In this document: positions 32,131 to 45,456 of the stretch, piece after piece
Numbering within the stretch: position 1 is the stretch's first letter
Layout: each line of letters starts with the position of its first letter
Origin: the human T2T-CHM13v2.0 reference genome, Homo sapiens
Direction: 5' to 3' (one strand)
Assembly: GCF_009914755.1 (NCBI RefSeq)
Contig: NC_060933.1
DNA length: 64,000 bases
The notes under the pieces: generated by a model
Told to the model about the DNA's origin: nothing
What the model saw: the letters and a program-made list of their open reading frames with translations, nothing else
Databases searched by the model: none
Made by a program: the position numbers and the translations under genes

Positions 32131-33021
32131 GGGCTGTTCTTGTTGGGGGCACTTAGACATTATGAAACTTGAAGGGGTTGGGTGGCTTTCTCCCATACAG
32201 TCTGGTATGGAGCATCCTCTATAAAAATTCTTTGCTAGCTCAAACTCAGATGTGAGGTTAGTTCATCTTCCAGCAGCCTACCATGAAATAATGGCATCTT
32301 TCGTTATGGAGAGCCACTAAATGATGGCTAAGAAGGTAGATGTGTCACTGGGATACTAAAATGAGTTTTGTTACATTGAGCGCCTAAATTTACAATGATT
32401 GGTTAACAACTTTGAGTTGTTACAATATGCAGTTTCTTCTATTCGTTTTGTGTAACTAAGAATCACGGAATTCTTATATTTTAGAACTAAATAGAACCTT
32501 TGTGATAAAATAATCTATCATTTTACAGATAAGATGAATGAGAGGGAAATGCACGTTTGTTAGCTAATTTGGTACAAAACTAGTAGAACAGAGTTCCCCT
32601 CATTCCTTGCTCAGTGTTCAAGTTGGACTTGTCATGTTTATTAATACAAATAATTTTGATTATGATTTTGTCCATCTGAATACACTTGAATAGTTCTTGA
32701 CCACACAAAAGAGCAACTTACAATATTACTGCATTAACAGCATTTGAGAAAAACATATACAGGCAGGATACTTCTCTTTCTACAATGTCATCTTCCTCTC
32801 ATCTATGAGGAGTCTATGAATCTTTAGTGCTAGAAAAAATTGTAGAGGTAAAAAATATTAAGCTTTCCATAATGATGTTGTCCAAAGTTCCTTTAGCTGT
32901 AACTATGGACACCATATGTGCAGTTAGACATGATAAAAACCAATTTTAAGTTGCAAATCTTGAACAGTATATAACAAAGCTTTTCCACAGTAAAAAGAAC
33001 AAAAAAAATGCTTGCTGCTTA

Positions 33022-34279
33022 TTTGTGCACCACTGAAAATTCTTATTTATTCACTTTAATTCTGCATTTACACAAAAATGCTGTAATAAAATATCTGTAC
33101 ACTACTTCTGTTACAAATATAGATATTTAAAGTGACTTTATATATTCTAATGTAGGAGTTTCACGCTCTAAAATAGGAATGAACACATGATAATTCCTCA
33201 CCAGTTGTCTCAATAAACAGCTCCATCTGTTTCCCTTAGTCTTAAACTATTGTATTATAAGATGTTAATATAAGGCAATGAAATGAAGTTATGTTAATCC
33301 CCTTAATTTTTCTATCAATTTACTAATGGCATACAACCAAAATAATTAGTAACACATTGTTCTCTGTCATTAAGATTAATATGAATTGAAAACCAATTGC
33401 ACAGCACACTAACACATTTTTAATGTTGCATCGGTTGTTAAAACCAGCACTAAAGATTCTGGAACCCTTCTATGTTCCTCTATGGTTAGCAGCATAGTTG
33501 CTTTCTAGAAAAACCATAGTCAACATGGGGTGGCATCATCATTTACTTATAGCAACATGAAAATATTTTATAAAAGGTCAAAAATAAGAATGAAAATTGA
33601 AATGTGCATTAAATATAATTTCTTTATAAAATTTAGGGACATTGCTTCATATATTTGCCATTTACTCAATTGTAGAAACCAATTTTAGCAGGAAAAATAT
33701 ATATGCATATTAGAGGTGGGGAGATGCAATGTTTTTATAATACTGTTGAAAATTTTAAAATACTGACAGTATTTTTAAAGATTTTCATTAGAAAACCTTT
33801 TTTTCTTTTTTTAGTTTGGGGTGGGGAGAGGAGGTAGATTGCCAAATTGAGGCATTTTTTTTAAACTCCCCGAGATTTTCTTCTTTATTTTATATTTTCA
33901 TTTTTCATCCTAATTTACTGAAGCCATTTTCTTTGGTTAGCTTTAGAATTATCTTTCTTTATACTAACCAGCTTAGCATGTAATAATTCTTGCCCATGTG
34001 ACTACAAAACATTAGATATCTCCACAAATAAAAACGAGATTCACCTACACAAATATTCCTTCTCTTTAAGTTCACAAAATGCAAGAAGAAAAGAAAAATG
34101 ATGTTAGGTTGTCAGTAAGGAAAGCATTTCTAGATGAGAAAAAGAAACTTAAGTGTTATTTCCCCCCTACAGTTTTGAAGACCCGGCTGAACACAGCATA
34201 AAAATTGTCAGGACCAGTGCATTCTCTTTACAGTAGGAGGTGAGCTAGGGGTTGGGTTGGTTCAATTCTGGCAGCCAAT
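33022..34279 (-). other. MPDZ: MPDZ 3'UTR (~1.25 kb; 3' end approximate)
   Basis: Repeat-free AU-rich sequence from the stop codon to ~25 nt past AATAAA. Confidence 0.8.
33046..33051 (-). terminator. Polyadenylation signal AATAAA of MPDZ
   Basis: tttatt on + strand; U/GU-rich downstream element (ttttttttgttcttttt) ~40-60 nt further along the minus strand. Confidence 0.8.
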
Positions 34280-34426
34280 TCAAGAGAGAACCATCAAAGT
34301 GACAGTGCCTTTTGTCCGTTTAAGGATGGCAACAGCTTCTTCATGGGTGACTCCTTCTAGACTCTGCCCATTGACAGCAATGATCTGATCGCCCCTTTTC
34401 AGACGTCCGTCTTCAGAGGCTGCTCC
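34280..34426 (-). CDS. MPDZ: MPDZ last coding exon [48 protein letters not shown]-stop (end of PDZ13)
   Basis: ttgcag|GGA acceptor; TGA at 34280-34282; 48 aa plus stop. Confidence 0.97.
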   Translation of the reverse strand, partial: GAASEDGRLKRGDQIIAVNGQSLEGVTHEEAVAILKRTKGTVTLMVLS

Positions 34427-36250
34427 CTGCAAATTATAAAGTAGACTTGTTTATTTCTCAAAAAATGCTGCCTTGCAACTCACAACAGAAAAAGATCTCA
34501 ACAGGAATGTAAATTGCTCTGCTTGTACACACACACTGCTCCCAGTGCTCCATGGGTGCTCTAAGCCATTAAGCAATGATGAACATAGACAAAGAAGGTC
34601 TTTCTCCTAAATGGTTTTAGCATTGAGATACCAATTTGAGAGAGAATTTAGCAGTCGATAGATCAGTTGGATGGGTTTTTGGCTGTTCAGCACAGCAGTT
34701 GGTGGGAACACAAATTAATAAAGAATATTTGGGAATTTGCCTAGTAGGAATGATTCAATAGAATCCAGGATTTTCTATCCTGTAAATAAGACCTACAGAA
34801 AGAAGGTAAAGGATTAGGTAGGAACAAAAACAGTTTTACAGGACAAGGGCTTGGGGGATGACAAAATCCAAAGGTCTGCAAAAGCACAAAGCCACCTGAA
34901 CATTCCCTATGGCAGGATAAGGCATAAGTTCTAAATTTAAAACCCACTGCTATTTCTTTTTGTGGTTTTGAAAAAGCTATTCAAGCTGTCTTAGTTCTTA
35001 CTTCCCAAGGGTAGAGAGATTCTTCATATTCCTTATGGACCCTAAATGATTAAGATTAAATACAGACATTGGTGTTAGAAAAAGAACCCCATCTTAAAGC
35101 ACGCTTATAGAAGACAATTATGCAATTAAATATAAAATTAAAAATATGGAAAAGTTAATGAGGAATCCATAATGATGAAATTCTTAAAATATGTTCTAAC
35201 TAGCATGCCTTAAATAAATTGTTCCTAGGCTGAGGAAAAGGACTGTATGACTCTTCTATTCACTAGCAAATGCTGTTTGTATTTTTGGACATACCGATAG
35301 CTTTTTTAAAAATCTTATAAATTAAGCCTATAGCTAGCTTGTTGTAGGTACAACACTTTAAATTGGCTAAAAAAAAGATCTTTTCCAAAATAATAAAATA
35401 AAATATCCATAAAGAACTATACCACTAATCCAAAGGCCCTGTATCAAATTTTTAAACACGTTTGACTAAGTTTTGTTTCTTTTGACACTGTAAAATTTTG
35501 AGATTCTAAATTTTTCCCTGCAGAAAATCTTGTCGAATTTTGTAGCTCCTGAAAAACGACTTAACATATTAACAATAATTACATGGGTTTAAATTATTTT
35601 AATAGCTTTACCAGTACTGCAATATCTTTATTCTTATTCTAAACCTTCTTAAGCTAGAATAGGTATTATATAATTATAACTATACAGTCTTTTTAATTGA
35701 ATCCCTTGATTGCAAATCGCTGACTTATTATAGATGATAGGGCTGCTGGATACTCCCTACATTTTTTCAGTAGTTATTTTTGTTTTATTCAATGAAATTA
35801 AATTTATAAAATAAATGCTTATTAATTTTCATGTGTACTTTATGTACTTCTCTATAACTATTTTATATTTCACAACAAAAAAATGCAAACAGAAATACCA
35901 GTGCTCTACAGCATACTTATTTAAAATGTCCCATTTTCAAAAGACGATCATGTGCAATTTGTGTTCAAAGAAAAAAAAATAGGCTTTACTAACCAAAGTT
36001 CATTAATATTTTTATGTATATTGTTGAGTTTCCATGGAGTTTCAATTTGAGCCTATTTTCCTTTAAATATAATGAAACCTCAAATTGGACAAAAATATTT
36101 AATGACCTGCTCCTGTAGGGAGTTTTGAAAAGAAATGATCAACTGTTAACCATTTGGCATTACCTCAGGCCATAAACTAATAAGCCAGCTGCTGACCACT
36201 ATTAATGAATGTTTAGGGGAAAAGAGGGTGGTTAAAATTTGCAAGCTTAC

Positions 36251-36374
36251 CTTTGCAAACACTGTTTTAACATAAATGGGTAAGTCTCCATGAGGGCTGC
36301 CATATCCTCCAACTATACTGAAGCCTAAGCCATCTGGTCCTCGCTCTAGTGTAATAGACTTACATTGAGGAGGT
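36251..36374 (-). CDS. MPDZ: MPDZ exon PPQCKSITLERGPDGLGFSIVGGYGSPHGDLPIYVKTVFAK (PDZ13)
   Basis: ccgtag|A acceptor, AAG|gtaagc donor, 124 nt; canonical GLGF. Confidence 0.97.
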
Positions 36375-37266
36375 CTACGGTGAAGGAAAGGAAAAAGAGG
36401 TTTTAAATTAAAAAAAAAAAACTATATATATATGTTATGAATTATCTGACATCCACCTAGAGCTAGCATAATTCTCTTTGTTACTGACAAGGAGTATATT
36501 ACGGGTATTTTTGAGATGCTTAAATTGTCAGTGCATGCTGTGCTTGGTATTTTAAATTTACATAATCTAATGAAATCCTACTTAACACCCTAATTCTATT
36601 ACTCATTTACAGTTCCCTTAAACTAACATATTCATGGCATGTTCTCATTGTACAGAGAAGCTCATTCTTTTTCCAGTTTATTTAAAGTGAGAGGGCTAAA
36701 GTTCAGGGGACTATATTAGAATAAGTCATAAACATCAGTACGCCCAAGCTCAGAGAGAAAAATCAATTATAAGCAATGGAAAAGCTGCATCAAATTATTT
36801 AAAATTTCTAATGCGCCTCTCTCTTCTCCTCTGTTTTCCAATGCTTTTGTATCCAAGTATTGTTACTTAATACTGTGAATTTTTTCAGTCCAAATGATAA
36901 TATATTAGATGAATAGGCAGTGCGGGAAATTTTAAAATGATAGATTTGACTTGCTCCATATTACATGAAGTGGTAACATCAAGACTAAAATGTCCTCCGC
37001 CCCAAAATCAGAGCTGAAACCATGGGAAGGGTAGTAGCACGCATATCTATCTAGCTAGTTATCTATCTCTACTTATCTTTGATCAGCTAAATCCATGCCA
37101 CAATTATTTAAGTTTAGAAGCACCTGATATGTATAATTCACACTTCATATATCCTATCATTTTACCTGTACGTAATTCCTAGAAACATGGGACAGAGAAC
37201 GCAACTGTCAGGAAGACTTGATTCATAAGTGAAAAATGATACACTAATCATCATGTATGAACTCAC

Positions 37267-37379
37267 CCTAAATCATCCTGAAATATACTGCTTGACGTCA
37301 GCCCAGTGAAAGAAAGACTGGAACTTGCAGGCTCCTGCTGATGACCTGTGACCACACTCACGTCTCCTCCAGCAACCAC
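37267..37379 (-). CDS. MPDZ: MPDZ exon VVAGGDVSVVTGHQQEPASSSLSFTGLTSSSIFQDDL(G)
   Basis: gcgcag|GTG acceptor, AGG|gtgagt donor, 113 nt (phase 0-2). Confidence 0.95.
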
Positions 37380-37950
37380 CTGCGCACAGGAGGAGGATAA
37401 ACAGAAAAAACACATGTTCCTGTGGCTAGGGAAAGTAATTTTTCTTCAGAAAGAGCACTTGGATTAAAATGTATATTTTATTGTTCATTTAAACATTTCT
37501 GTTAACATAAAATACAACCAAAGAGAATGAAATTTCACAAGGTCCAGAGGCTCTTAACTGTCCTGACAGTAAACATATTCTTCTAATTCTATTCTACAAA
37601 GTTCTTTGATGTTTTTAAAATGTGGTCTCATATGTAATTACTTTTTAAAGATCTTTAGAATATAAGCCACTTGCTAGCACCACTTAAAATTCCAGCAAAT
37701 AATCATGTACTGCTAAGGCCTGGATTTTTTTCCCCTTAAAGTATAAAACAATCAATGCATCAGAGTAAAATGTTACAAAATATGTCTCATATGCACTTTA
37801 TTGGAACTCTTAATTTAATCATTTATGTTCAAGAGAAATATTAAATAAAATAATAGCAGAAGATTTAATCATTTTTACTGCTTTAACATCAAAGCTCATG
37901 TGTCTTCAGGCTACCTATATTCTGAATTATGCTTGGGATAAAAATCTTAC

Positions 37951-38055
37951 CTGCATTTCAATGGAGCCAGATGCATTTTTCAGTAGGTTAACTGCTTGGG
38001 TGTGAGTCATGCCCTCAGTGGATGTGCCACAGATGGTGACAATCCTATCCCCAAC
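37951..38055 (-). CDS. MPDZ: MPDZ exon VGDRIVTICGTSTEGMTHTQAVNLLKNASGSIEMQ (PDZ12)
   Basis: ttgcag|GTT acceptor, CAG|gtaaga donor, 105 nt. Confidence 0.96.
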
Positions 38056-38427
38056 CTGCAAGGGAGAGAAAGAAACAGCCATCTGCTAAAGCAGCCATGG
38101 AGAGTGGGTCTTTGAGACCTAAGTATTCATTTCCTTCTCCACCTTCCACATGACATATATACTGCTACCAGCCACTGAAATATAACCAAGGAAACCACTA
38201 ATTCCAAGAAGTCCAAAAAGCAGCAACCACAAAAAGAAGCAGTGCATAATGGTTGAGTTCCATATCCAGGGGAGAGGGAGGGAGAAGGAGAAAGTCACTC
38301 TTCCCTGCTCTTCATTTCTCTTGGGTGAGACATTACTTCCTATTAAAAGAAAAAAAAATTCACTATCATTTGGAAACTGAAATTTCTCTGGACATTACTA
38401 TTATAATCATTAGATGTGACTCTAAGT

Positions 38428-38623
38428 CGGAGGTTGGCAAACTAAGGCCCAGAGGCCAAATTTGGCCCACTGCCTGTTTTGGTTAATAAAGTCTGGTTGG
38501 AAGACAGCCATGCTTATTTGGCTGCTTTCACAGCGCAGAGTTGAGTAGTTGCAACAGAGACTCACAGGTCCCACAAAGCCTAAAATATTCAGTATCTGTC
38601 CTTCCAGAAGTTTACTGACCCTG
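38428..38623 (+). mobile_element. MER58A-like hAT element (intronic)
   Basis: gaggttggcaaactaaggccc...ttggcccactgcctgtttt...agtttactgaccctg. Confidence 0.75.
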
Positions 38624-39338
38624 TGCTATGTATACAATCAGGTTTTAAGTGTCAGCCATAAATTTGGATATCAAATGAGGCTGAACCATTCCCAGCCTAA
38701 AGACTATTTAAACTAAAATGTGGTTATGTTCTGAGACCTATTTGAGGTATGAAACCATAGAGATTTTGCTTTAGAGAGACTGAGTTGCGTTAATGGAATA
38801 TTCATGTAATTTTTAGAGCTGGGCAGTTGGCATAAATTCCATTGCAATGCTCCACAATTTGGATAATCCCTCAGCTTTGAGGCAAGTTGCATATAGTTTT
38901 ATAACATTGTAAGTCATATTTATATTAAACTTCTGCAAAATTATCAGTGAATGCAAATAAGTAATACTTTTCAATTTAACAGAGTTAAATCGGCGTTTAA
39001 ACCAATCAAATATATAAGATAAAAATTTCACTTCATACTGGTGTTCTGAAAATACTTTCTGTTCTCTTTTAGCTTGTTCCACAGAATTTCAACATATAAA
39101 AATATGTATTAGGAAACAACTATAAATCTTCCTATTTAACTGCAAATCTGCATTTTCTCCTTTCTTTTAATATTCTTTATCTTTTATTCCAAGCAAGCCT
39201 TGCTGTGGTTGGATTAGATGATTTAAAAGTAAATATAGATATTTAAAACTGCCTTGCAACAGGTAGCCAGGTTCAAAGGTTTATAAAAACACTTCTGCAC
39301 ATTTTGCTAGGGCTTCTAGGGTTGATAGTACGACTCAC

Positions 39339-39461
39339 TCTGAGTTTTTGGGTCTGTGCTGCAACTCCAGTTGGGTGCATCATTGCAATAAATATAGGCA
39401 CATCACCAAGTGGGCTGCCTACTCCTCCAGCGATGCTGATTCCCAGTGAGTCAGTAGGGCC
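39339..39461 (-). CDS. MPDZ: MPDZ exon [41 protein letters not shown] (PDZ12)
   Basis: tggcag|GGC acceptor, AGA|gtgagt donor, 123 nt. Confidence 0.97.
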
Positions 39462-39739
39462 CTGCCATGGAACAGATATAAAATTTTGGTCAAAGTGATA
39501 TTTTTCATTGACCTTTTGTTTATTCTTTGGCATGATATCTATAGTCAACTCTGATTTTCTAAGTGTGAGGGGGAAAATGAAGAAGTGCAAGAAAACTGCA
39601 TTACTTTACTTGACACAGGTGCTTAGCGTGGCTTAGGAAAATAAGCATCTGTTCAGGAAGTAAAATAAATCAAGACATGCTAAATGAAAATCATGTTGTG
39701 GAACTGATGAAAAGCAGGTAAACTCATGAAGTGAAAAGA

Positions 39740-39965
39740 CCACACTTTTGGAATCAGAGTCCTGTGTTCAAAGCCACGAAGTCATACTTGCAAATGCTGG
39801 AACTTGGAATAAGTCCACTCCACTCAATAAATCATTAGATCTTCATTTACAAAATGGAGACAACAGTGCCTCTCACAGAGGGCTGCAGTGAATATTAAAT
39901 GACATGATGATGACATGAAGTGTCTATAAGAGTGCTCAGAACAATAGTAAAAGCTCAATAAATCA
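39740..39965 (+). mobile_element. MIR (intronic)
   Basis: tttggaatcagag..ctgtgttcaaa; cttcatttacaaaatggaga. Confidence 0.65.
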
Positions 39966-40325
39966 CAGCTGCTTTTACTTTGTCTCTTGTGCATGGCTGT
40001 CAAGGGAATCTGTTTCAGAACTAATAAGTATCTGTTGAAGAGAAAGGTTTACTTATAAGAAGTGAGAGGCATGGTATTATTTTGTGTGGGGTCAATTTTA
40101 TGCTATTTTCAGCAAAACAGAGCATGCAAACAACGATTTTTCAAATGAGGTGCTGTGATCAGGAAATTCATTAAGGACTACATTATGTTATTTCACATGT
40201 AATATGTAAGAATACATACTTTTTGAGATGAATACTTTAAAACCGTAAGAAAGTTAACAAGAAAACACATATGAAGATGTCTCTTAAAACGCCAGGGTTT
40301 ATATTGTTTTCTCTCCCCAAGTTAC

Positions 40326-40369
40326 CTTTTTCATTTCGACTGTTCTTAATCCCTGTATTTCAGATGCCA
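40326..40369 (-). CDS. MPDZ: MPDZ exon (L)ASEIQGLRTVEMKK (start of PDZ12)
   Basis: ttacag|TG acceptor, AAG|gtaact donor, 44 nt; restores phase 0. Confidence 0.94.
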
Positions 40370-41245
40370 CTGTAAAGGCAAAAAAGATAAAATAGGGTTA
40401 TTTTATGTTCATTCACTTTTTATGTTCGTTAAAATATCTAAAGCTGGATGGGACTAAATGATAACCTAGGTTTCTTTTTTTAAGGGGGTGCTCAAAGCTG
40501 CTAGTACACATGATTAGATCTGTCTTACACAGAACTATTTATTTTTCCAGTTGGAAAAACGTGTATACCTTCCCATTCTTCCTTCTCATTTTAAGTGTTG
40601 ATTATATAACTATGTAATCCACTTTGAATGAGTCAAGGGCAGAATGTGTTTTGCATAGAAAGGCACATGTGCACGGCTGAGAGGAATAAAGTCATGGATG
40701 CATTAAAAAAATTCACAAATTTAAGTGCCTAAATTTCTAGAATATTAGTCATACTGCAAACAGAGATTGCCATATGGTTAGTTTCTTCAATTTGAACAAC
40801 TCTCAACCAATGCACCAAGCCAAAAATCCCTCTGCAGCATGATTTCACGTAATTAAAACACAGGAGGATCACATTAATTTTCTCAAATTTTTGCAATCTT
40901 CATGGAAAAAGAAGGCTTCACTTAATGGCATCTTCTGATTTACTGGTGTTACATTAAACACAGAAAAGGAATAAAATCAAAAACACCAATCTGCTTAGTA
41001 AGAAAAAAAAATTACAGAATCCTGATTATAATGTTTAGTGTATCTTGTAGGGTAAACATCAAATGGGAAAAGCTGCCATAGGCAGAACTTCATGTTGTTC
41101 AGACTTTTTGCTAACACGTGTTTTTGTACCTATATTTGGATATGGGATGATTTGGGGGAAAAGAAAGCTCAGAGGTAAACAAGACAAAAAAATCAGTGTT
41201 GACAGCCAAATTCAAACCATGTTTAAAATACTGAACCAATCTTAC

Positions 41246-41336
41246 ATGCATTCTTCTTTGAGCTACTTTCCAGTGACTCAGATGTACTGGATCCAGAGAG
41301 TGGAAAAGTGAAAGATGACAGGCTGCCTTCACTCAC
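41246..41336 (-). CDS. MPDZ: MPDZ exon VSEGSLSSFTFPLSGSSTSESLESSSKKNA(L), Ser-rich linker
   Basis: ttgtag|GTG acceptor, CAT|gtaaga donor, 91 nt (phase 0-1). Confidence 0.94.
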
Positions 41337-41934
41337 CTACAAATATACAACAATTATTTCAGAAGGTTTTGCAAGTAACATACTCCCTAAATACCACTTA
41401 TTTCAGAATTTAATCTAGAGACAGATACCTGTTAAGCAACAGTGGCATTTGATAATTTGATGAGCAATTTAAACACAGTTCCTACTGATTTTTTTTCTTT
41501 TAAACAGAGAATGTGTCTAGTGACATAAATAAATTGAAGCTAAAAGGGTAGATGAAATTGATTCCAATCTACCTAAAATTTTAGTGGATAGTCATAATCT
41601 CATTCAAACTAATCTTCTTTAAATTTAAACTGATGTTGTAGGAAGACTAGGACTTAAACAAAAACTGTAGAATTAGGGCCAGCTAATAGGAAACTCATGG
41701 TAGTAATTTAGAAAGTTAGTATGGGGTCTTTAAGGACAGACTGATGAAAATGGGTTTCCATCATCAGTAGACAACACTGAGGAGAAGGTCAAGAGGTCTT
41801 GTCAAGAGTCTTGAAATATTTAACATCATATTTTTATACATGGTGCTGAGTATCTATAGTTCACTTATATGGGACTTTTCAGTTGAATATTGATTGATGT
41901 TGCTATAAAATATTTTTAAAATATGTTATCTTGG

Positions 41935-42291
<357 letters not shown>

Positions 42292-42562
42292 TTACCTTTT
42301 GAGATTATGGAAAATGAATCATGTCAAAAAAGAATGCTTGAAATCAATTTCCTTAGAATGACTTACAAACTACTCAACAGCCACACCTTGTTTACCTGGC
42401 TATTCTGATTCCTTGTTCTTCTCTGTCTCAAACTCTGCACCTCAGTCACTATCCCACGCTGCCAGGGGACCAGACCTTGTACACAGACCCACAGTCAGGG
42501 CCATCTATGTGTCCTCTTGGCATGCCGATTGCATCGCCCTGATGAACTCCACAGCTACCCAC

Positions 42563-42649
42563 CTGGCTGCTTTGAGATGGCCTCCTCTCTGAATGGAATG
42601 GACCAGCTTTGATTCTTCCAACTTCCAAGGTTACTGTGCCTAGGGAACA
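42563..42649 (-). CDS. MPDZ: MPDZ exon CSLGTVTLEVGRIKAGPFHSERRPSQSSQ (end of PDZ11); symmetric 87 nt
   Basis: ccccag|TGT acceptor, CAG|gtgggt donor, phase 0-0. Confidence 0.94.
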
Positions 42650-43000
42650 CTGGGGGTGGGCATGGGGGGTGTTTTATGGAAATGTTTAAATAAAATGCTA
42701 TAATCATCTTTAGGAATACATTTTACTCTTCAAGACTTTTTTGAAAGGCATCTTCCTTTTGGAATTTCTATAAGCAAGGATACCTCCAATCCCTTGTGGA
42801 AAATGGCTTTTTATAAAACATTCAAACTAATAAAAATAATCAGCAGCAGCAACACCAAGTGTTTACCTTATCACCTCATGATTTCTATGGAGACTACTTG
42901 TACCAAAAAGAAATGGAGAATTGAGCAATTATCTCATGAAACACACTAATTTTGATAGGACAAACAAGCTGAATAACTGAGGGTTTAAAAAACAAAGCGA

Positions 43001-43355
<355 letters not shown>

Positions 43356-44248
43356 TTAGATAATTGGGTAAATTCTCTATCACTACACTGTGCCTGAATA
43401 GACTTATGATATAAAATTTAGATAAATACTGCTATCAACACAAAACATGAACTGAAGACAATCTTTCTTGCACCCCTTTACAAATAAACCATAGGCATGC
43501 AAGAAATGCCGCACAGTCTAATATGAAGTAGCACAAGAAGGTGTTTGAGATCCTGTTTTGGAGTCACTGGATTAAATCCAGACTATGTGATTTATTAGCT
43601 GTGTGACTGTAATGGATGTTTAACCTTAATAAATCTTTTACTCTGAATTTTAAAAATGTACATCATTATAGGTTGTTGAGATAAATAAACCATGAACAAT
43701 GCTTATGACAGTGTCTAGAATGGAGTAAGATTAATATAAATATTGGGCACTGATATTATTATTCAGTGATGAGAGTACAAAGGGATGTGTTATTCTGAAG
43801 ATGTTGATCATGAATCATACTCTGAAAGGTCAAAACTTGACTTGTAATATCCATAAGTTGGTTTTTTTATTTGTTTGGTTTGGGGTTTCTTACCAAACTC
43901 TTCTTGAAACTATTTATATTTTCAGTTTACATAACTGTAAGGTTAACAAGTCCATACGTTATTCACTGTGTAATGTTGCGACCCTTTCACCTACCTGTAA
44001 CACTTCTCTTTCAAATATCAAGGGTTTTGATTATTTAAAAAAGTGTTAATTTTTCCAATACAAAAGTGATTTACGCCCAGTAAAAAGAAAATTTTGGAAA
44101 TAAAATGAAAAAAGATGGGGGAAGAAAAGGACCCATAAGTCCAACAATTACCTCATAATTATTGTTTAAAAAACTTATAAGATTGTATTTTACATAGTTG
44201 CATCTATGCGGTAAATACAATCCTCTGTCTTATATTCCCCACTAATTA

Positions 44249-44564
44249 CAGTAGTCCCCCTTTATTATAGGGGGGAATATGTTCTAAGACCCCCCGCCAG
44301 TGGATGCCTGACACTATGGATAGTGCTGAACTCTATATATACTATGTTTTTTCCTATATATAAGGTTTAATTTATAAACATAAAATAAGGTTTAATTTAT
44401 AAATTAGACATAAGAGGATAATAAAATAGAACAATTATAACAATGTGCTGTAATAAAAGTTATATGAATGTGATCTCTCTCTCCTTCTAAAAATACCTTA
44501 TTTTACTATACTCTGGGCAACTGAAACCACAGGAAGAGAAACTGCAGATTAGGAGCGACTACTG
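44249..44564 (+). mobile_element. MER44A-like (Tigger7 group) MITE
   Basis: TA-flanked TIRs cagtagtc / gactactg; ccagtggatgcctga motif. Confidence 0.8.
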
Positions 44565-44598
44565 TATATATTTTATCATGTTAAAATAGTTGTCATGA

Positions 44599-44877
<279 letters not shown>

Positions 44878-45113
44878 TCAAACAAATACATGTTTGCCAT
44901 GCATCCTTGCTATTTATACCAAAGTTTATATAGTTTTTGTCAACCACATTGCTTCCAATTTTCCCACTATTACAAATAACACTTCAATGAACTCTATGTG
45001 CATGAGGAACTTTACGTGCATGAAGTTGTGTATAGAGGATTATTTACATAAGAGTTTTAAATGAACAATTACTAATAAAACAAAAATAAGCAGCCCCAAC
45101 AACAAACATGTAA

Positions 45114-45456
<343 letters not shown>

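Noticed and set aside
34686-34700. ttcagcac, resembling a REST/RE1 left half-site
   Set aside because: Right half (GGACAG) is missing
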